This document shows, piece after piece, positions 10,201 through 20,545 of a stretch of 64,000 nt of DNA. The notes beneath the pieces were generated by a model. The model worked only from the letters and a program-made list of their open reading frames with translations. It was not told the DNA's origin and ran no database searches. Made by a program: the position numbers and the translations under genes. This DNA comes from Caecitellus pseudoparvulus (Eukaryota; Protista; Bigyra: Bicosoecida), in assembly GCA_965644315.1 (NCBI GenBank), contig CBFFRQ010000068.1, positions 62,001 through 126,000 on the forward strand, read 5' to 3'. Position 1 is the stretch's first letter. Every line of letters starts with the position of its first letter.

Positions 10201-11203
10201 CAGGAGTGACAGGATCCCTCATCTGCGATGCAGGTGGCAGGGACTGCATCACCGATGCGGCCGCCGTGCCGGGGTCTACCCGCCCCCGCTCCCCTGTGCC
10301 GCCTGACCGAGGGCGCCCCCGCTCAGCCACCATCTCCGATGCAGTGTGCACGAGGGCCCGCGCCACCTCGTCCATCACAGCAGAGGAGGCAGGCGCCTGG
10401 ACGTGGTGCTTACCATGGTCAGCCTGGGCTCCTGCGTTCAGGGAGCTCCACGCCTCCAAGCGCTGTGCAATGCTGGCCAGCGAAGGAGACAGCAGCGCCC
10501 GATTCTGCTGGGCGGCAGGCGCCGGCGTCGCAAGTTGACTGGCCAAACCCGTGCTGAAGGCGTGTCTGCTCGTTGGTACGTGGCCATCAGCATACATGCG
10601 CAGAACGGGGCCTTCATCACTGGATGTCGTTGCGTGCGGCGGCGTGGCATGCCTTGCCGTTTGCCGCTTCACACCACGCGAAGCCCGCCGGCCAGAGCTC
10701 TCGTGGGACGGAGGTGCTGCGCGTGCAGACGCGCGAGGGTGAAGCTTCACCTGCCTATCTTGACGTTGATGTCGCCTACCTCCCTCATCCCTCACAGAAG
10801 TGCTCCTGCCTGCACCTCCTCGCTGAGCGGAGGTTGTCGCACTGCGACGCTGAGCACCCGGCCTTGCTGCCGCACGAGTTGAGCGCCTCGCAGGCTCCAC
10901 GCTGCGAGAGCGCTGCCCATTGCGAGACGGGCGAGCATACAGGCTGGAATACCCCGCGTGACTCCCTCGCCCTGCACTGTGCCTGCTGCTGGGCCTCGCT
11001 TCAACACTCCGGCTCCTTGCAACTCTCCTCCGCGAGCTTGCTGCAGTCGATGCAGCATACCGAGGGCCTCGCGAAGAGGACACTGGCACCCGTGCACGCT
11101 GGCGAGCATAGCCCTGTTCTGAACCCTGCACCAAACGCCCAGTGGGCACGCTGCTGCCAAAACCGCCCCCCACGCGCCTGCCGCTTGAGGCTTGGGCGGG
11201 CAT
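7238..11203 (-). CDS. Hypothetical Ala/Pro/Ser/Arg-rich, largely disordered protein (~1320 aa)
   Basis: A long uninterrupted ORF fills the gap between neighbours. First ATG at 11203, TGA at 7238-7240. It has an Arg/Ser-rich N-terminus and a short coiled coil (QKEAAEEAARAAQWQAEQDAAALQDKLERQARR). No family recognised. Confidence 0.65.
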   Translation of the reverse strand: MPAQASSGRRVGGGFGSSVPTGRLVQGSEQGYARQRARVPVSSSRGPRYAASTAASSRRRVARSRSVEARPSSRHSAGRGSHAGYSSLYARPSRNGQRSRSVEPARRSTRAAARPGAQRRSATTSAQRGGAGRSTSVRDEGGRRHQRQDRQVKLHPRASARAAPPSHESSGRRASRGVKRQTARHATPPHATTSSDEGPVLRMYADGHVPTSRHAFSTGLASQLATPAPAAQQNRALLSPSLASIAQRLEAWSSLNAGAQADHGKHHVQAPASSAVMDEVARALVHTASEMVAERGRPRSGGTGERGRVDPGTAAASVMQSLPPASQMRDPVTPVHRGSPAPPPGSPGQAALAAHNKLGEAISLHKQRAQDPLAEALPSALVGAPVIDAALDALVQRVQGEIATLSAVVEGRPTPPGTVLAPAPKAHSEERSSPVPPDVTLPTSSQGQDHPPPARARQLPAGHSPAPPKAALSPASITPSGVAAGSAAEVLHRVESRISEGLKRARSSGRDAKRPSPAQGGSRPSPAAKQPALFAPKDNLAQGSDAPISHDAVLQHPRLAKFMQASGHSVPRQPSSPRPSPAGSKAAAPVQAQAKTSSQTAQKKDVRTAPVPAPADERAGGKPHSPAEPSSASCTAAPAAAAPASKAPAAAPQAKKSRSPAKTRSPSVQADKEAQKTLPAEGHAAPRTPAKAATRKAPAEPSYTGVDASAVRRAVQAGASKAAVSQSPTSPMSPGPRSRPPRVGSDPTQGSVALFRRRYGAATAVNVTGASLAQKEAAEEAARAAQWQAEQDAAALQDKLERQARRAAARKRASLLRASAPAAQAPVGLAFESKVEAELVQGRRAETKADAPDPPSPQASAGHTVQGRSRTSGVEVCLENTGRGGMEAAAAKPRAPPPTVPASAVFGGGRYDTYKTRRHMPAGSSQVVNKAALASAAAALRTPGAKQAQTSSGMMVVDADGNLGWSTAALRRRETLGMGRASRPGGAPVGPRQTQASRSGQATGRLVRSGRKASRASGTQGTARARAASVDSGRSRRALSTGAARQAVHGSDGAPRYSRGPVRSRSAPRVTARSMSHRASAGGGMQSPILRAIGTPPPREVASTEQKPVSPEDRRALGIPQGLPDSAARRSARAVVKHVFRKAPADGLEVAQDAGILPMPTLAFGGPGQAAQRHTEAHTVRGAGGHVLFTSSLDASQNTPHPAREAAALKEMTRSGRHVGQLGRSTSSRVEAAADEVVQAPRAVVGFGTSSRATTPADVYGVPPLSPHAALSGLPHARRPRLAGMQSPRHIAQAELASLRAPPPHGGSRRPRRVRGTTRSS

Positions 11204-11600
11204 TGCAAGCACACCACTGGGCACTCGAAGGTCCGAGCTGGCTTCACTGGAGACCGGGCGCAGACTCCCCTAACTGCAAGTGCCCAGTCCGCCTGACGTG
11301 GGCCACTTGTGCAGCTTTCTTGTGCACGTGGTTTTTGACCTTTCGCACGTGTACGCCACGGGGGAGACGCAGATAAAGGGACGTGTGACTTTCCTCAAAA
11401 GGTGATCCAGGCTGCAACTGGCAGCCCCTAGTGCACGCCCGACATCAAGGACCAAGTTCTGACATGGATAAGGATGCACCAAGTGGCGAAGCTGCGCCGT
11501 GGCCTCCTGCCACGACCAGCTGGCGTGCATCGCGACTCCCTCGACGAACAAGGGCGAAGAGAAGGCGGCACAACGTGTGCGGCTCTGGCGCAGATGCATT

Positions 11601-13082
11601 TTACTGGGTGGCAGTTCGCTCAGCAGCCTCCAGGATCGTGTCCTGTTCGCAGCCATACTGTTCGAACAGGTGCAGGTATGCTCCGACTGTTGCCTTGGCG
11701 TGGGCATGCTGTGCGATGGCCCGCAAGGGTTGCAGAACAGGCCCGTTGGCCACAAGGAGGGCCAGCGAGGACCAGACCTTCACGGCACCAGGCGACTTCT
11801 TCGCTGAGGAGGCAGAGAGCGCAATGTGTGGCTCGTGATGAGGTGCCGCGACAGACTGCAGAGCCTGCTGCCAGGCAGGAGCCTGGCAGCTCGACAGCGG
11901 TGCCAGCCAGGCCTCGTCCTTCGGCGTGGCCGGACCTTGGCAGTGCAGCCATGCACTGCGGTCACTACTCGCTTCAGCAGCTGATGCTGTCGCTGCGGTG
12001 GCAGTAGGGGGGTATGGCTGTGTGGCCTCCGCTGTGGAGTGTGCTGCGGCGCTCGCGGTCCAAGCCTGCGCAATCGGGGAGTCCCACACGTGCGAAGGCC
12101 GCGGGATAGAGCGGTGAGCGTAGGCCCGAACCGTCTCCCAGGCACCCCCACCTTGCTCACTGCCGGGAAGTGCCAGTGCGCTGAACGTGCGCTGTGCTGC
12201 CCGCAGGCGCGACGTGCAGTGCGCAAGCTGGCTCTGCCACGCAGGCAGGCGGGAGCCGTCACTGCCGCCCCCTTGCGTGTCGCTCTCAATGTGCCAGATG
12301 GGCATCGGTTGCTTTGCACACATGAGGAGAGTGGGATACGCCTGGCTTGGTCCTTGTGCCGTGTGCTGCAGCTGCATGAGCGGCCGCAGCTTGGCCGCGA
12401 AGGCTGAGTTCAGGGCGTGCATGCTGGTGGAGGGGGGCGGAGCCTGCTTCCCTGGGCTGGGCTCCGCACAAGCTGCCGCACTGGCAGCTGCCTCCACCGC
12501 CAGCTGGTCGTTGTAGGCCAGCACACAGGCATCCGCCAGCCCCGCCACGCTGGACGCAGACAGTGCCACGTTGTAGGCCTGCAGGGGGCTGCCGCTGGAC
12601 AGGAACGGGCACACTGCCGTGCTGACTAGTGTGGCGTGGCGGCCCAGCACATCGTCCCGCAACACCTCCAGCAGCCTGCAGCCGCCCCCTGACCCAGTGC
12701 CTCCGCCCCAGGAATGCACCAGTGTTGCCGAGGGGTTGCCATCCACACGCTCGGTGAGCTGTCGAACGCGCTCAGCCACCGTGCACACCAGGGAATTGCC
12801 CCCATCACTCCCTCCACCCGTGTACCCAAGTGCCCAATTATTTGCCCGCCCGTCCTGCTCGAAAACCAGGTCTTCTTTCGCAGGAGCCGGCATGGAGGGG
12901 GATGCGCTGAGCGCGGCTGCTGCCTGCAAAACAGCCTTCGGCTCGCTGTCAGCCAGGACGCATGCTGGGCGACCAGATCCATTCCAGGAGCTGTACTGCC
13001 CCTCGTGCTGTGCCATGGACAGCATGACTGCTGCCGCTATCTGGCTTCCGCCTTGCCCCATGCCAATCAGGATGTTAGACAT
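11601..13082 (-). CDS. Divergent tubulin, zeta(eta)-tubulin-like
   Basis: Start MSNILIGMGQGGSQI (ATG 13082). Motifs: CVLADSEPKAV, QDGRANNWALGY, the tubulin signature HSWGGGTGSG, SPLQAYN, ADACVLAYND and GAYLHLFEQYG. DSEPK, GRxNNW and SPLQxYN match zeta rather than delta tubulin. Confidence 0.78.
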   Translation of the reverse strand: MSNILIGMGQGGSQIAAAVMLSMAQHEGQYSSWNGSGRPACVLADSEPKAVLQAAAALSASPSMPAPAKEDLVFEQDGRANNWALGYTGGGSDGGNSLVCTVAERVRQLTERVDGNPSATLVHSWGGGTGSGGGCRLLEVLRDDVLGRHATLVSTAVCPFLSSGSPLQAYNVALSASSVAGLADACVLAYNDQLAVEAAASAAACAEPSPGKQAPPPSTSMHALNSAFAAKLRPLMQLQHTAQGPSQAYPTLLMCAKQPMPIWHIESDTQGGGSDGSRLPAWQSQLAHCTSRLRAAQRTFSALALPGSEQGGGAWETVRAYAHRSIPRPSHVWDSPIAQAWTASAAAHSTAEATQPYPPTATAATASAAEASSDRSAWLHCQGPATPKDEAWLAPLSSCQAPAWQQALQSVAAPHHEPHIALSASSAKKSPGAVKVWSSLALLVANGPVLQPLRAIAQHAHAKATVGAYLHLFEQYGCEQDTILEAAERTATQ

Positions 13083-13193
13083 GCTGGAAACGCATGCGAA
13101 ACGCTGCCCGGTCCTGTGCCCAGGAAACAACGGGACCTCGTCGCCTGGGGAGAGCCTAACATGACCTCTGTGCATGAGATGCACATGGTTGTA

Positions 13194-14583
13194 TTAAAGT
13201 TGGTCGGTCCTTGATTTTGCGGCACCCGATGCCGCTGCATCACTGCTCGCAGCGCCTGGGTCGCTGGCTGGCTTTCGGTGCTTGGCAGGCAAGACAAGGT
13301 GCTGCATCCGCTTTGCAGTCGGGTTGAACGTGCCCAGGCAGCTGTTGGCTGGCTCTGGCAGAGGGCTGTCCACAGGCCCGTCCTTCCAGACGAGGTCAAA
13401 GCCACCCACCGTGGTTGCCGAGGCATGCCCTGCCTGCTCCATGTCCACGATGTCCAGGGCATCTGCAATCAGGCCATACTTGAGCTGATAGTCTGCAGTC
13501 GTAGTGGCCGTCAAGCTGGGGCTGGCGTTGACTTCAATCAGCCACGGCGCCAGGTCGGCATCCAGCATGACGTCATACCCGTACAGCTCGAAGGCAGCCT
13601 TGTCGGCCATCATGACTTTCTGCACAGCCAGCAGCGAACGGATGAGCATAGCCTGAATGCGGGCCATGCACCGCTCCACTGCGGGGAGCCCGTGTTTGGA
13701 AGCCATGAACAGCTTCAGAGCGGTGAGGTCCCACTTCATCCCGTGGCTGGCTGCCGTGTCCCGGTACTCAGTGGTGTGCTTTTGCACAGCCACGTTAGTC
13801 AGGTGCATCTGTAGATCCCCCTGGGTGCTGCTGCTGCTGTCATACCGGGACGTGGAGAAGCGCGCGAACCCTGCCCGGTACACCCACGCAGTCAGGGGGG
13901 CGAAGGATGTCACCAGCACGTACAGTCGCATGTCGAACTTCTTGCCGCCGATGGTGTACGGGTTGGCGATGTAGCGTTGCACGACGTAGGTGTCTGCTTG
14001 GGGGGCGTCTGGGGACCAGTGCACGTCCTTCTTCCACTCCGTGATTTGGGACAGCTTGCTGAAGAGGAAGATGCCCCGGCCCTGCGCCCCGCCGATGGGC
14101 TTCATGATCCACAGCGCGCCGCTGGAGCGCTTGAACTGCTCCACAAACAAGCCATAGTCACCCGGCAGCACGTAGCTCGTGGGCAGGAAGTTGTACTTTG
14201 CTGCCTCCTCTGCAGCCCCACTGCGCTCCAGCTGCCGACGCATCCGGTTGATGTTTTTGACCAGGTTGTCTTTCCGTGTGAGCTCGAAGTGGTTCCGGAA
14301 GTGGTTCACCCGCTGATGCGGCGCAAAACGCATGTTGTCGAAGTACTCCCGGATCCACCGCACATCTGCCCACATGAAGTCCCAGTCAGTGGGGCTGCGC
14401 TCACAGGGCTTCTAGCATCCGTGCGCCGACGCCACTTGCTCTGCAGGCACACTGCACGCACTCGTCTGACTCTTCCCATCCAGGCCGTTGCTTCATCACA
14501 TCATACATGGTGGAGTGAAAACACGAGAAGAAGCGCGTCTTTTGAGAGCGACCAGGTGCGCCTCTAGACGCCGCTGCTGCCAT
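13194..14583 (-). CDS. TTLL9: Tubulin polyglutamylase TTLL9
   Basis: complement(join(13194..14394,14462..14583)), intron 14395-14461. Motifs: DVMKQRPGWEE..DWDFMWAD, NHFRNHFELTRKDNLVKN, WIMKPIGGAQGRGI, VVQRYIANP, KFDMRLYVLV, HLTNVAVQK, FELYGYD, LIEVNASPS. Confidence 0.92.
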
Positions 14584-14878
14584 GGTGGTAACGGACTTCA
14601 ATTTCCGCGTCCAGCCTCCCTCTCTGGACAGAGCGTGAGCATGCTGTAAAAACCAGAGGTTCAAAACGAATCCAGGGGCAAGTGCTTCCGGCTGAGGATG
14701 CCCCACGGCTCTGGGATTTGAGGGCACCGCACCAGGTGTGTTTGCGCGTGGCAGCAACGCCGCAGGGTGTCTAACCCCTGGCTCAGTCTTGCGGCTGCGG
14801 TGCCCTTTGCTCAGCTGAATTTGCAGGGCTAGTTCGGAGCAGCAGCACGTCGGAGTGCCAGATAGGATTGGTTCCAGC
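14584..14878. promoter_or_regulatory. Probable bidirectional promoter (TTLL9 / CRN) containing CAATTTCCGC
   Basis: 295-bp spacer between divergent ATGs, with the motif at 14599-14608. Confidence 0.5.
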
Positions 14879-17029
14879 ATGGCGGCTGTTTCCGCCCGAC
14901 AGCTCGGGAAGAAGGCGGTGGTGCGTGCACTTGCTTTGGGTTGCGAAGCAACGGGGCCTGCTTCACTCCTCTCTCCCTTCAACCGCTTCTGCGAGCACAG
15001 GTGAAGAACCGAGCGCCAGCACCCATTCAGATCACAGCAGAGCAAATCCTCCATGGAGCTCGTGCTGACCAGGGCAAGGGCCCGCAGCAGCCGGAGCAGC
15101 GCATCGCAGATGAAGCGGAATTAGCCGAATTCCGCATGCGCAAGAGGAAGGAGTTCGAGGACAGGCTGCGCATGCAGCGGCACTACGTCAGTGTGTGGCT
15201 GACATACGCTGCTTGGGAAGAGTCACAGTATGAAATCGAACGGGCGCGGAGCGTGTTCGAACGCGCATTGGACGTCGACTTCAAGGACACACGGCTCTGG
15301 CTCAGGTACGCAAACATGGAGATGAAGCACAAGTTCATCAACCGGGCTCGCAATGTGCTGGACAGGGCTTGCGCACTGCTCCCGCGTGTGGATGCATTCT
15401 GGTACCGGTACGTGTACATGGAGGAGATGGTGGGGAACAGCGCCAACGCACGGGCTGTGTTCGAGCGTTGGATGGAGTGGGAGCCGGAGCCTCAGGCATG
15501 GAGGTCGTACGTCAACTTTGAGCAGCGAGCAGGGGAACCCGTCAAGGCGAGAGCTGTCTTTGAGCGCTTCATCTTGTGCCACCCCACTGTGGAGGCGTAC
15601 CTGCAGTATGCCAAGTGGGAAGCCAAGGCTGGGCAGCGGGCATTGGCTCGCCGGGTGTTCGAGCGTGCGGCTGAGGAGATCCCGCTGGATCAGCACGACG
15701 AAGAGCTGTACATTGCCTACGCTTCCTTTGAGGAGCGTTGTCGAGAGTTTGAACGGGCACGAGCCATTTTCGAGTTCGCCCAGCGCACGTTGCCTGAGGA
15801 GGCGCAAGTGCGGCTGGCCCCTGCCCAGCTGACGTTCGAAAAGAAGCATGGCAGCAAGAGTGGCCTGGAGAGCGTCGTCCTGGACAAGCGCAGGGAAGCG
15901 TACGAGAAGGAAGTGGAGGCGGCACCTCGTGACTACGACACCTGGTTTGACTATGCTCGCTTGGAGGAGGAGGCCTTGGCGGAGGGCGCGCCAGGGGCGT
16001 CTGTGCAACGTGTCCGGGAGGTGTACCAGCGGGCAGAGAGGCAGGTGCCTCCCGTCGCCGAGAAGGTGTTTTGGAAGCGGTACATCTACTTGTGGATTAA
16101 CCACGCTGTGTTTGAGGAGCTGGAGGCCGAGGACGTGTCTGGCGCCCAGGCGGTGTACGCACAAGCCCTACGCACCATCCCACACGAAACCTTCACCTTC
16201 TCTAAGCTTTGGTTGCTGGCGGCATACTTTGAAGTGCGTCAGGGTGACCTGACAGCTGCGCGCCGGCTCCTCGGGCAGAGTCTAGGGCGGTGTCCGCGTC
16301 AGAAGGTGCTGCGGGAGTACATCGGGCTGGAGCTGCAACTTGGCAACATTGACCGCTGCCGGGCGCTGCACCAGAAGATGTTGGAGCTGTTTCCTGACTC
16401 CGCCACTGCTTGGCAGCGGTTTGCCGACCTGGAGCTGAGCGTCGGGGAGGTGGACCGTGCTCGGGCTGTCTTCGAGATTGCCGTGGCTCAGCCCAGCCTG
16501 GACACGCCCGAGCTCGTGTGGAAAGCATACTTGGACATGGAGATCGACCAAGAAGAGTGGACCAAAGCCCGCACGCTGTATGAGCGCCTGTTGGATCGAG
16601 GCAAGGCTCTGCCAGCGTGGCTGTCCTTCGCGTCGTTCGAGGCGAGTCACGCTGGCTCAGCGGACAACGCCCGTGCGGTGTACAAGCGCGGCTACGAGTG
16701 GCTCAAGAACACAGGCGCGAAAGAAGACTGTGTGAAGCTGCTACACGCATGGCTTGCTTTTGAGCAGGGACTGGGCCCCGCCAACACTGCCCAAGCAGAT
16801 GCGGTGCAGGCCAAGCTGCCGGAGCGAGTGGTGAAACGGCGCGCCTTGTCTGCCTCTGACGGCACGGCGGTGGGCTTCCAAGAGTACTATGACTACGTCT
16901 TCCCTGACGACGAGAGCAACAAGGGCATCTACAACCTCATGGCGCTCTCCAAGGCTATGGCGGCAGGGGACCTGGACCTGGACGACCTTGACGATGAGGA
17001 GGAGGAGGGTGGGGAGGGAGGCGGCAGCC

Positions 17030-17067
<38 letters not shown>

Positions 17068-17193
17068 GGTGGAACATCTGCAGTGCAAGCGCTTGACGCT
17101 TCTCCCACTCGGGTAGGTGGCGTCAAGCGGAAGGCTGAGGCTGCACCTGAGCGGCCTGCTGATGACAACGAGCTGGACATTGATGACATTTGA
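14879..17193 (+). CDS. CRNKL1: Crooked-neck / Clf1 / Syf3 HAT-repeat splicing factor
   Basis: join(14879..14920,15001..17193), intron 14921-15000. Motifs: VKNRAPAPIQITAEQI, RKRKEFED, HAT repeats (ERARSVFERALDVD), WKRYIYLWINHA, FTFSKLWL, EYYDYVFPDD. Confidence 0.96.
17032..17064 (+). repeat. (GCA)11 microsatellite encoding poly-Ala in the CRN tail
   Basis: Eleven perfect GCA units are read as Ala in the CRN frame. Confidence 0.9.
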
Positions 17194-17311
17194 AGCGGCG
17201 GCAGGCAATTCAAACAGTGTGCCGGACACGGGGGGTTGGCCGCACTGCGTGGCGAGTGGACATGCACGTCTGGTGTCATCCACGTGGCAGCTCCGTGGGC
17301 TGGCGGTGGGC

Positions 17312-19539
17312 ATGGCGGCCGGGCTCAGGCCAGGCTTCGATTCGTTTGGAGAGGCCACGACGCTTGTGTTGCAGGAACTTGCAGCTGGAAACCTCCCCGA
17401 TGCCCTTTCGGCGCTGAAGCAATTGGAATCCATTGTCCAGACCACCAGGAGGGCTGAGCGCCTAAGAAGCTCAGCCCGTGGGCGGTCTGAGCCCGGTGAA
17501 GCAGCGGTGCAGGCCGAGGTGACGGCTGGGCTGCGTGCCAAGCTCCTCGCAGCGGCGCTCGCTGCGAGAGAAGCTGTGGATCCGGAAGATGTCGGAGCTA
17601 TTAAAAGCATATGGCATGTGTGTGCTGCCCTTGGTTCCGATGACGGCTGCGCGTGGTTCTCGAAACAAGTCCTCGAGCAGTTCAAGGCATCCCACGCGGA
17701 AATTGAAAGGTGAGCGAGCCACACCCGTCCGCGACTCCGTGCAGGATTCAGCAGCGTGGCACACACCCCACTTGCAGGAAGCTTGATGCATCCCTTTCGC
17801 TGCATGCACTGAAGTCCACGCTCCACACTCCTGTTCCGGCGCAAACAGTGTCCAGTGGCTCGGGGCACTTCGACTCTGGCGAGAGTGAGGGCGAAGATGA
17901 CGAGCCGCACATCACTGCCTTCGTTGAAGTGCTATCCTTAGCCTGCTCCTGGATCCAGCAACTGTCGGACGAAGCGGCACCGCACCAAGCCCGGGTTGCC
18001 ATCATCTCTCAAGTGCACGAGGAGGCGCAGGCTCAAGCCAGCAGGATTGGAGAGGCCTTCATCGCGAAGGTGGACTTGGCTGCTGCTGTCTCGGGAAACA
18101 TGGGCGCAGAAGCTCAAGCCGGTACCCAGGCAGGAGACGGGGCCGATGTTGACAGCCCGGTCCGATCCAGCTCCCAAGGCGGCTCCGCCGGTGACCACCA
18201 GGCAACTCACCTCCGGCGGCTGAACACAACCCTGGACCAGGCCGCCTTCGTGCTGCAGACTGCCGAGAGGTACTTGCGCTTCGTGTCTGTTGCCATGGCA
18301 GCTGGCAAATTGGACACCCCCAGCACCCTGAGAGGAGCCCTGCCTGCCACCTGCGAGAAACTCATGGGGCAAGTGGTGACTGCTGAGGGCTGGCTCGTCA
18401 CTGCCCAAGTGCGCAGAGCTTTGGATCGCTCCCACCCCACTTTTGTCCAATCCGGTGTCCCCATCGATTCGTGGCTCGATGAGGCGTTTTTCGTGCTCCA
18501 TAAGGCCATCTCCAGAGCAGCCAGCACGCACAGCGCAATGACCGCTGCTGCGACGCTGAACCATGCAGCAGGCTGCGTGGCCCACGAAGTCCTCGCGGCC
18601 CTGCGCATCATGCGTAAAGCTTGCTGCATCCCTACTGGTGCCGCACCCCCGGATCAGTACTTTGGGGACCCGGGCTCAAGGAATACGTGGTGGGAAGATC
18701 CCGAAGCTGAAGCTGGGCTTGCCTCTGCGGCGGGTGCCGGCGCCAGTCCCAAGACCTGGCCAACTGTCTCTCCCCTAGCCCTTCGCACGATGAATTCTAT
18801 GTTTTGTGCGGGAGACTTTATTTCGCGACTTCGTGAAAGCGCCACGGTTGAGCTGCAGCAAGTGTTCCCTTCCGCACCCGGCTCATCCAGCAGCTCGCCA
18901 GAGACCACGCTGCTCCCAGTTTTCCTGCACGGCTCCCAAGAACTCGATGGCGTACAACAAGAGCACGAGAGGTTGGTCTCGTGCCTGCCTGAGGAGTTCG
19001 TCAACGCTGCTTTCGGTGGAGGACTTCGTGCCTGGACAGACTTGCTCCCCATGGCAACCTTGGTCATCCCCTCCGAGCAGTACGATTTGGTCTTGCACCA
19101 GCACAGCCTTTTCCACGCGTTCAAAGGTAAGGTTCTTGATGCGGGGTGCACAGGCTTTATTTGCGATCAGCTGCACCCGTCAGCGAAGCAAGCCGTGATC
19201 CAGGAGCTGGCCGAGCAGGCTGCGGGGGCCCTGGAAGCAGCCTCCCTTGCCTGGCACTGCAATGAGCTTGGAGGACTCTACCTTCAATCTCTGATCAGGG
19301 ACATGCGATCAGCCCTTGCCGCAGCTTCCGGCCTGGCGGCTCTGCACAAGCCATTCGCACGTGTGCACCAAATGGCCTCAATATTGTCGGTCTCTTCAGT
19401 TGACGAGGTAAACACCGTATACTTGGCGCAGCCGCTGCTTACGAGTGATGACATCAAAGCACTCCTTCACCACCGCACTGACTTTTACGCCGGGGACGTG
19501 TCTGCGTTGCAGCTCGATGGATTGAATCTTGCACAATAG
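17312..19539 (+). CDS. COG4: Conserved oligomeric Golgi complex subunit 4-like (divergent)
   Basis: join(17312..17709,17778..19539), intron 17710-17777 (phase 2). Motifs: LDEAFFVLHKAISRA and the COG4-type C-terminus NELGGLYL..IR, FARVHQMASILSV, LTSDDIKALLHHRTDF. The start codon is uncertain. Confidence 0.75.
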
Positions 19540-20545
19540 CAGAGCGCCCTGCAGAAGGGTGCGTACAGACTCACGGCTCACCCATGCAGCAAGGAAATAC
19601 GACGACCCATCTCTGTGGCATGGGTCTGGTGACCCTGTTTGCCTTCAGGCCACGCTGCTTGACGTCAACCGCTCAACGCGATTGCCGCTGCTGCTTCAGC
19701 TTCGCATGCACTCCCGCTGCGAGCCTGCTCGCTGGACCCCGCGGGGCAACAATTGACGCACCCTGTGCGCCGTTCTGCCAAGAGGGGTGTCGTGTTGGTC
19801 ATGAAGTTGCCTGTTTTCCGCTGTTTGGGGAATGCATGAAGGTGACACTGGGTATCGGAAGCCTTGCCACGCCAGTCTGTCGCAGACCCCCCATCGCGCC
19901 AAAAAGAGTCGCAAGATAGGATGATCCTCATAACTTTGCTGTAACTAGGATAAATTGGCGCTCAAGCCTCCTTGTTTCTGCCCCACGCCACTCAGTCGTC
20001 TCAGACAAGGGTGTGAAGCTGCGGGGCGAGCTGCCCGTGGGCCTGTCAGACTTCGGGCAGCTCAGTAGGCGCGGTATTGCTGCGCCACGCGTACTACGGC
20101 GTGGTTTGCATAGATCATTGTCGTACTTTATCGTGCACTGCGTGTTGCTGCCAGAGGAGGCCTGGTCAGTGCCAGCGGAGTGTCGAGAGCGTACTCCCGC
20201 AGCAGCGGCTGGACCGTGCTCTTGCTCTTGCCTGTTCCGTCACTGAGCAACGTTCAAGGCTGGTAGCATCGGTAAGTGGACACCATGATGCGTTTGTGCT
20301 GTCAATGGCAAGCGTTGGTGTCATGGGATGCCATGGCCCGTGTCTTTCTTGAGGCGTGGGTGTGGGAAACGCCCCGATGGTGTGCTCACTCCGGGCAATG
20401 GAAGTGCCTGGCGCGAGCCCCCCATACGTTGCCGACCACAATCCGTGGCCTAACATGATGCCTTTACTCTAGCAGGTGTGCGGACGATGCTCTTCCCCCT
20501 CCTCGCAGTACCCAGCTCCTTTGGATTCCCACTCGCACTGCGACA

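Noticed and set aside
11601-13184. Delta-tubulin call and the longer ATG at 13184
   Set aside because: The motifs DSEPK, GRANNW and SPLQxYN fit zeta better. Tubulin homology begins at Met 13082, and 13184 lies only 9 bp from the TTLL9 stop.
16889-17116. Poly-Gln (or antisense poly-Cys) ORFs at the GCA repeat
   Set aside because: The CRN reading frame translates the repeat as poly-Ala. The other frames are short and unsupported.
19540-20545. Short ORFs or an RNA gene in the 1-kb gap before the cadherin
   Set aside because: I found no recognisable protein motif, tRNA cloverleaf or terminal repeats. It is probably UTR/promoter, although a small gene or non-coding exon cannot be excluded.
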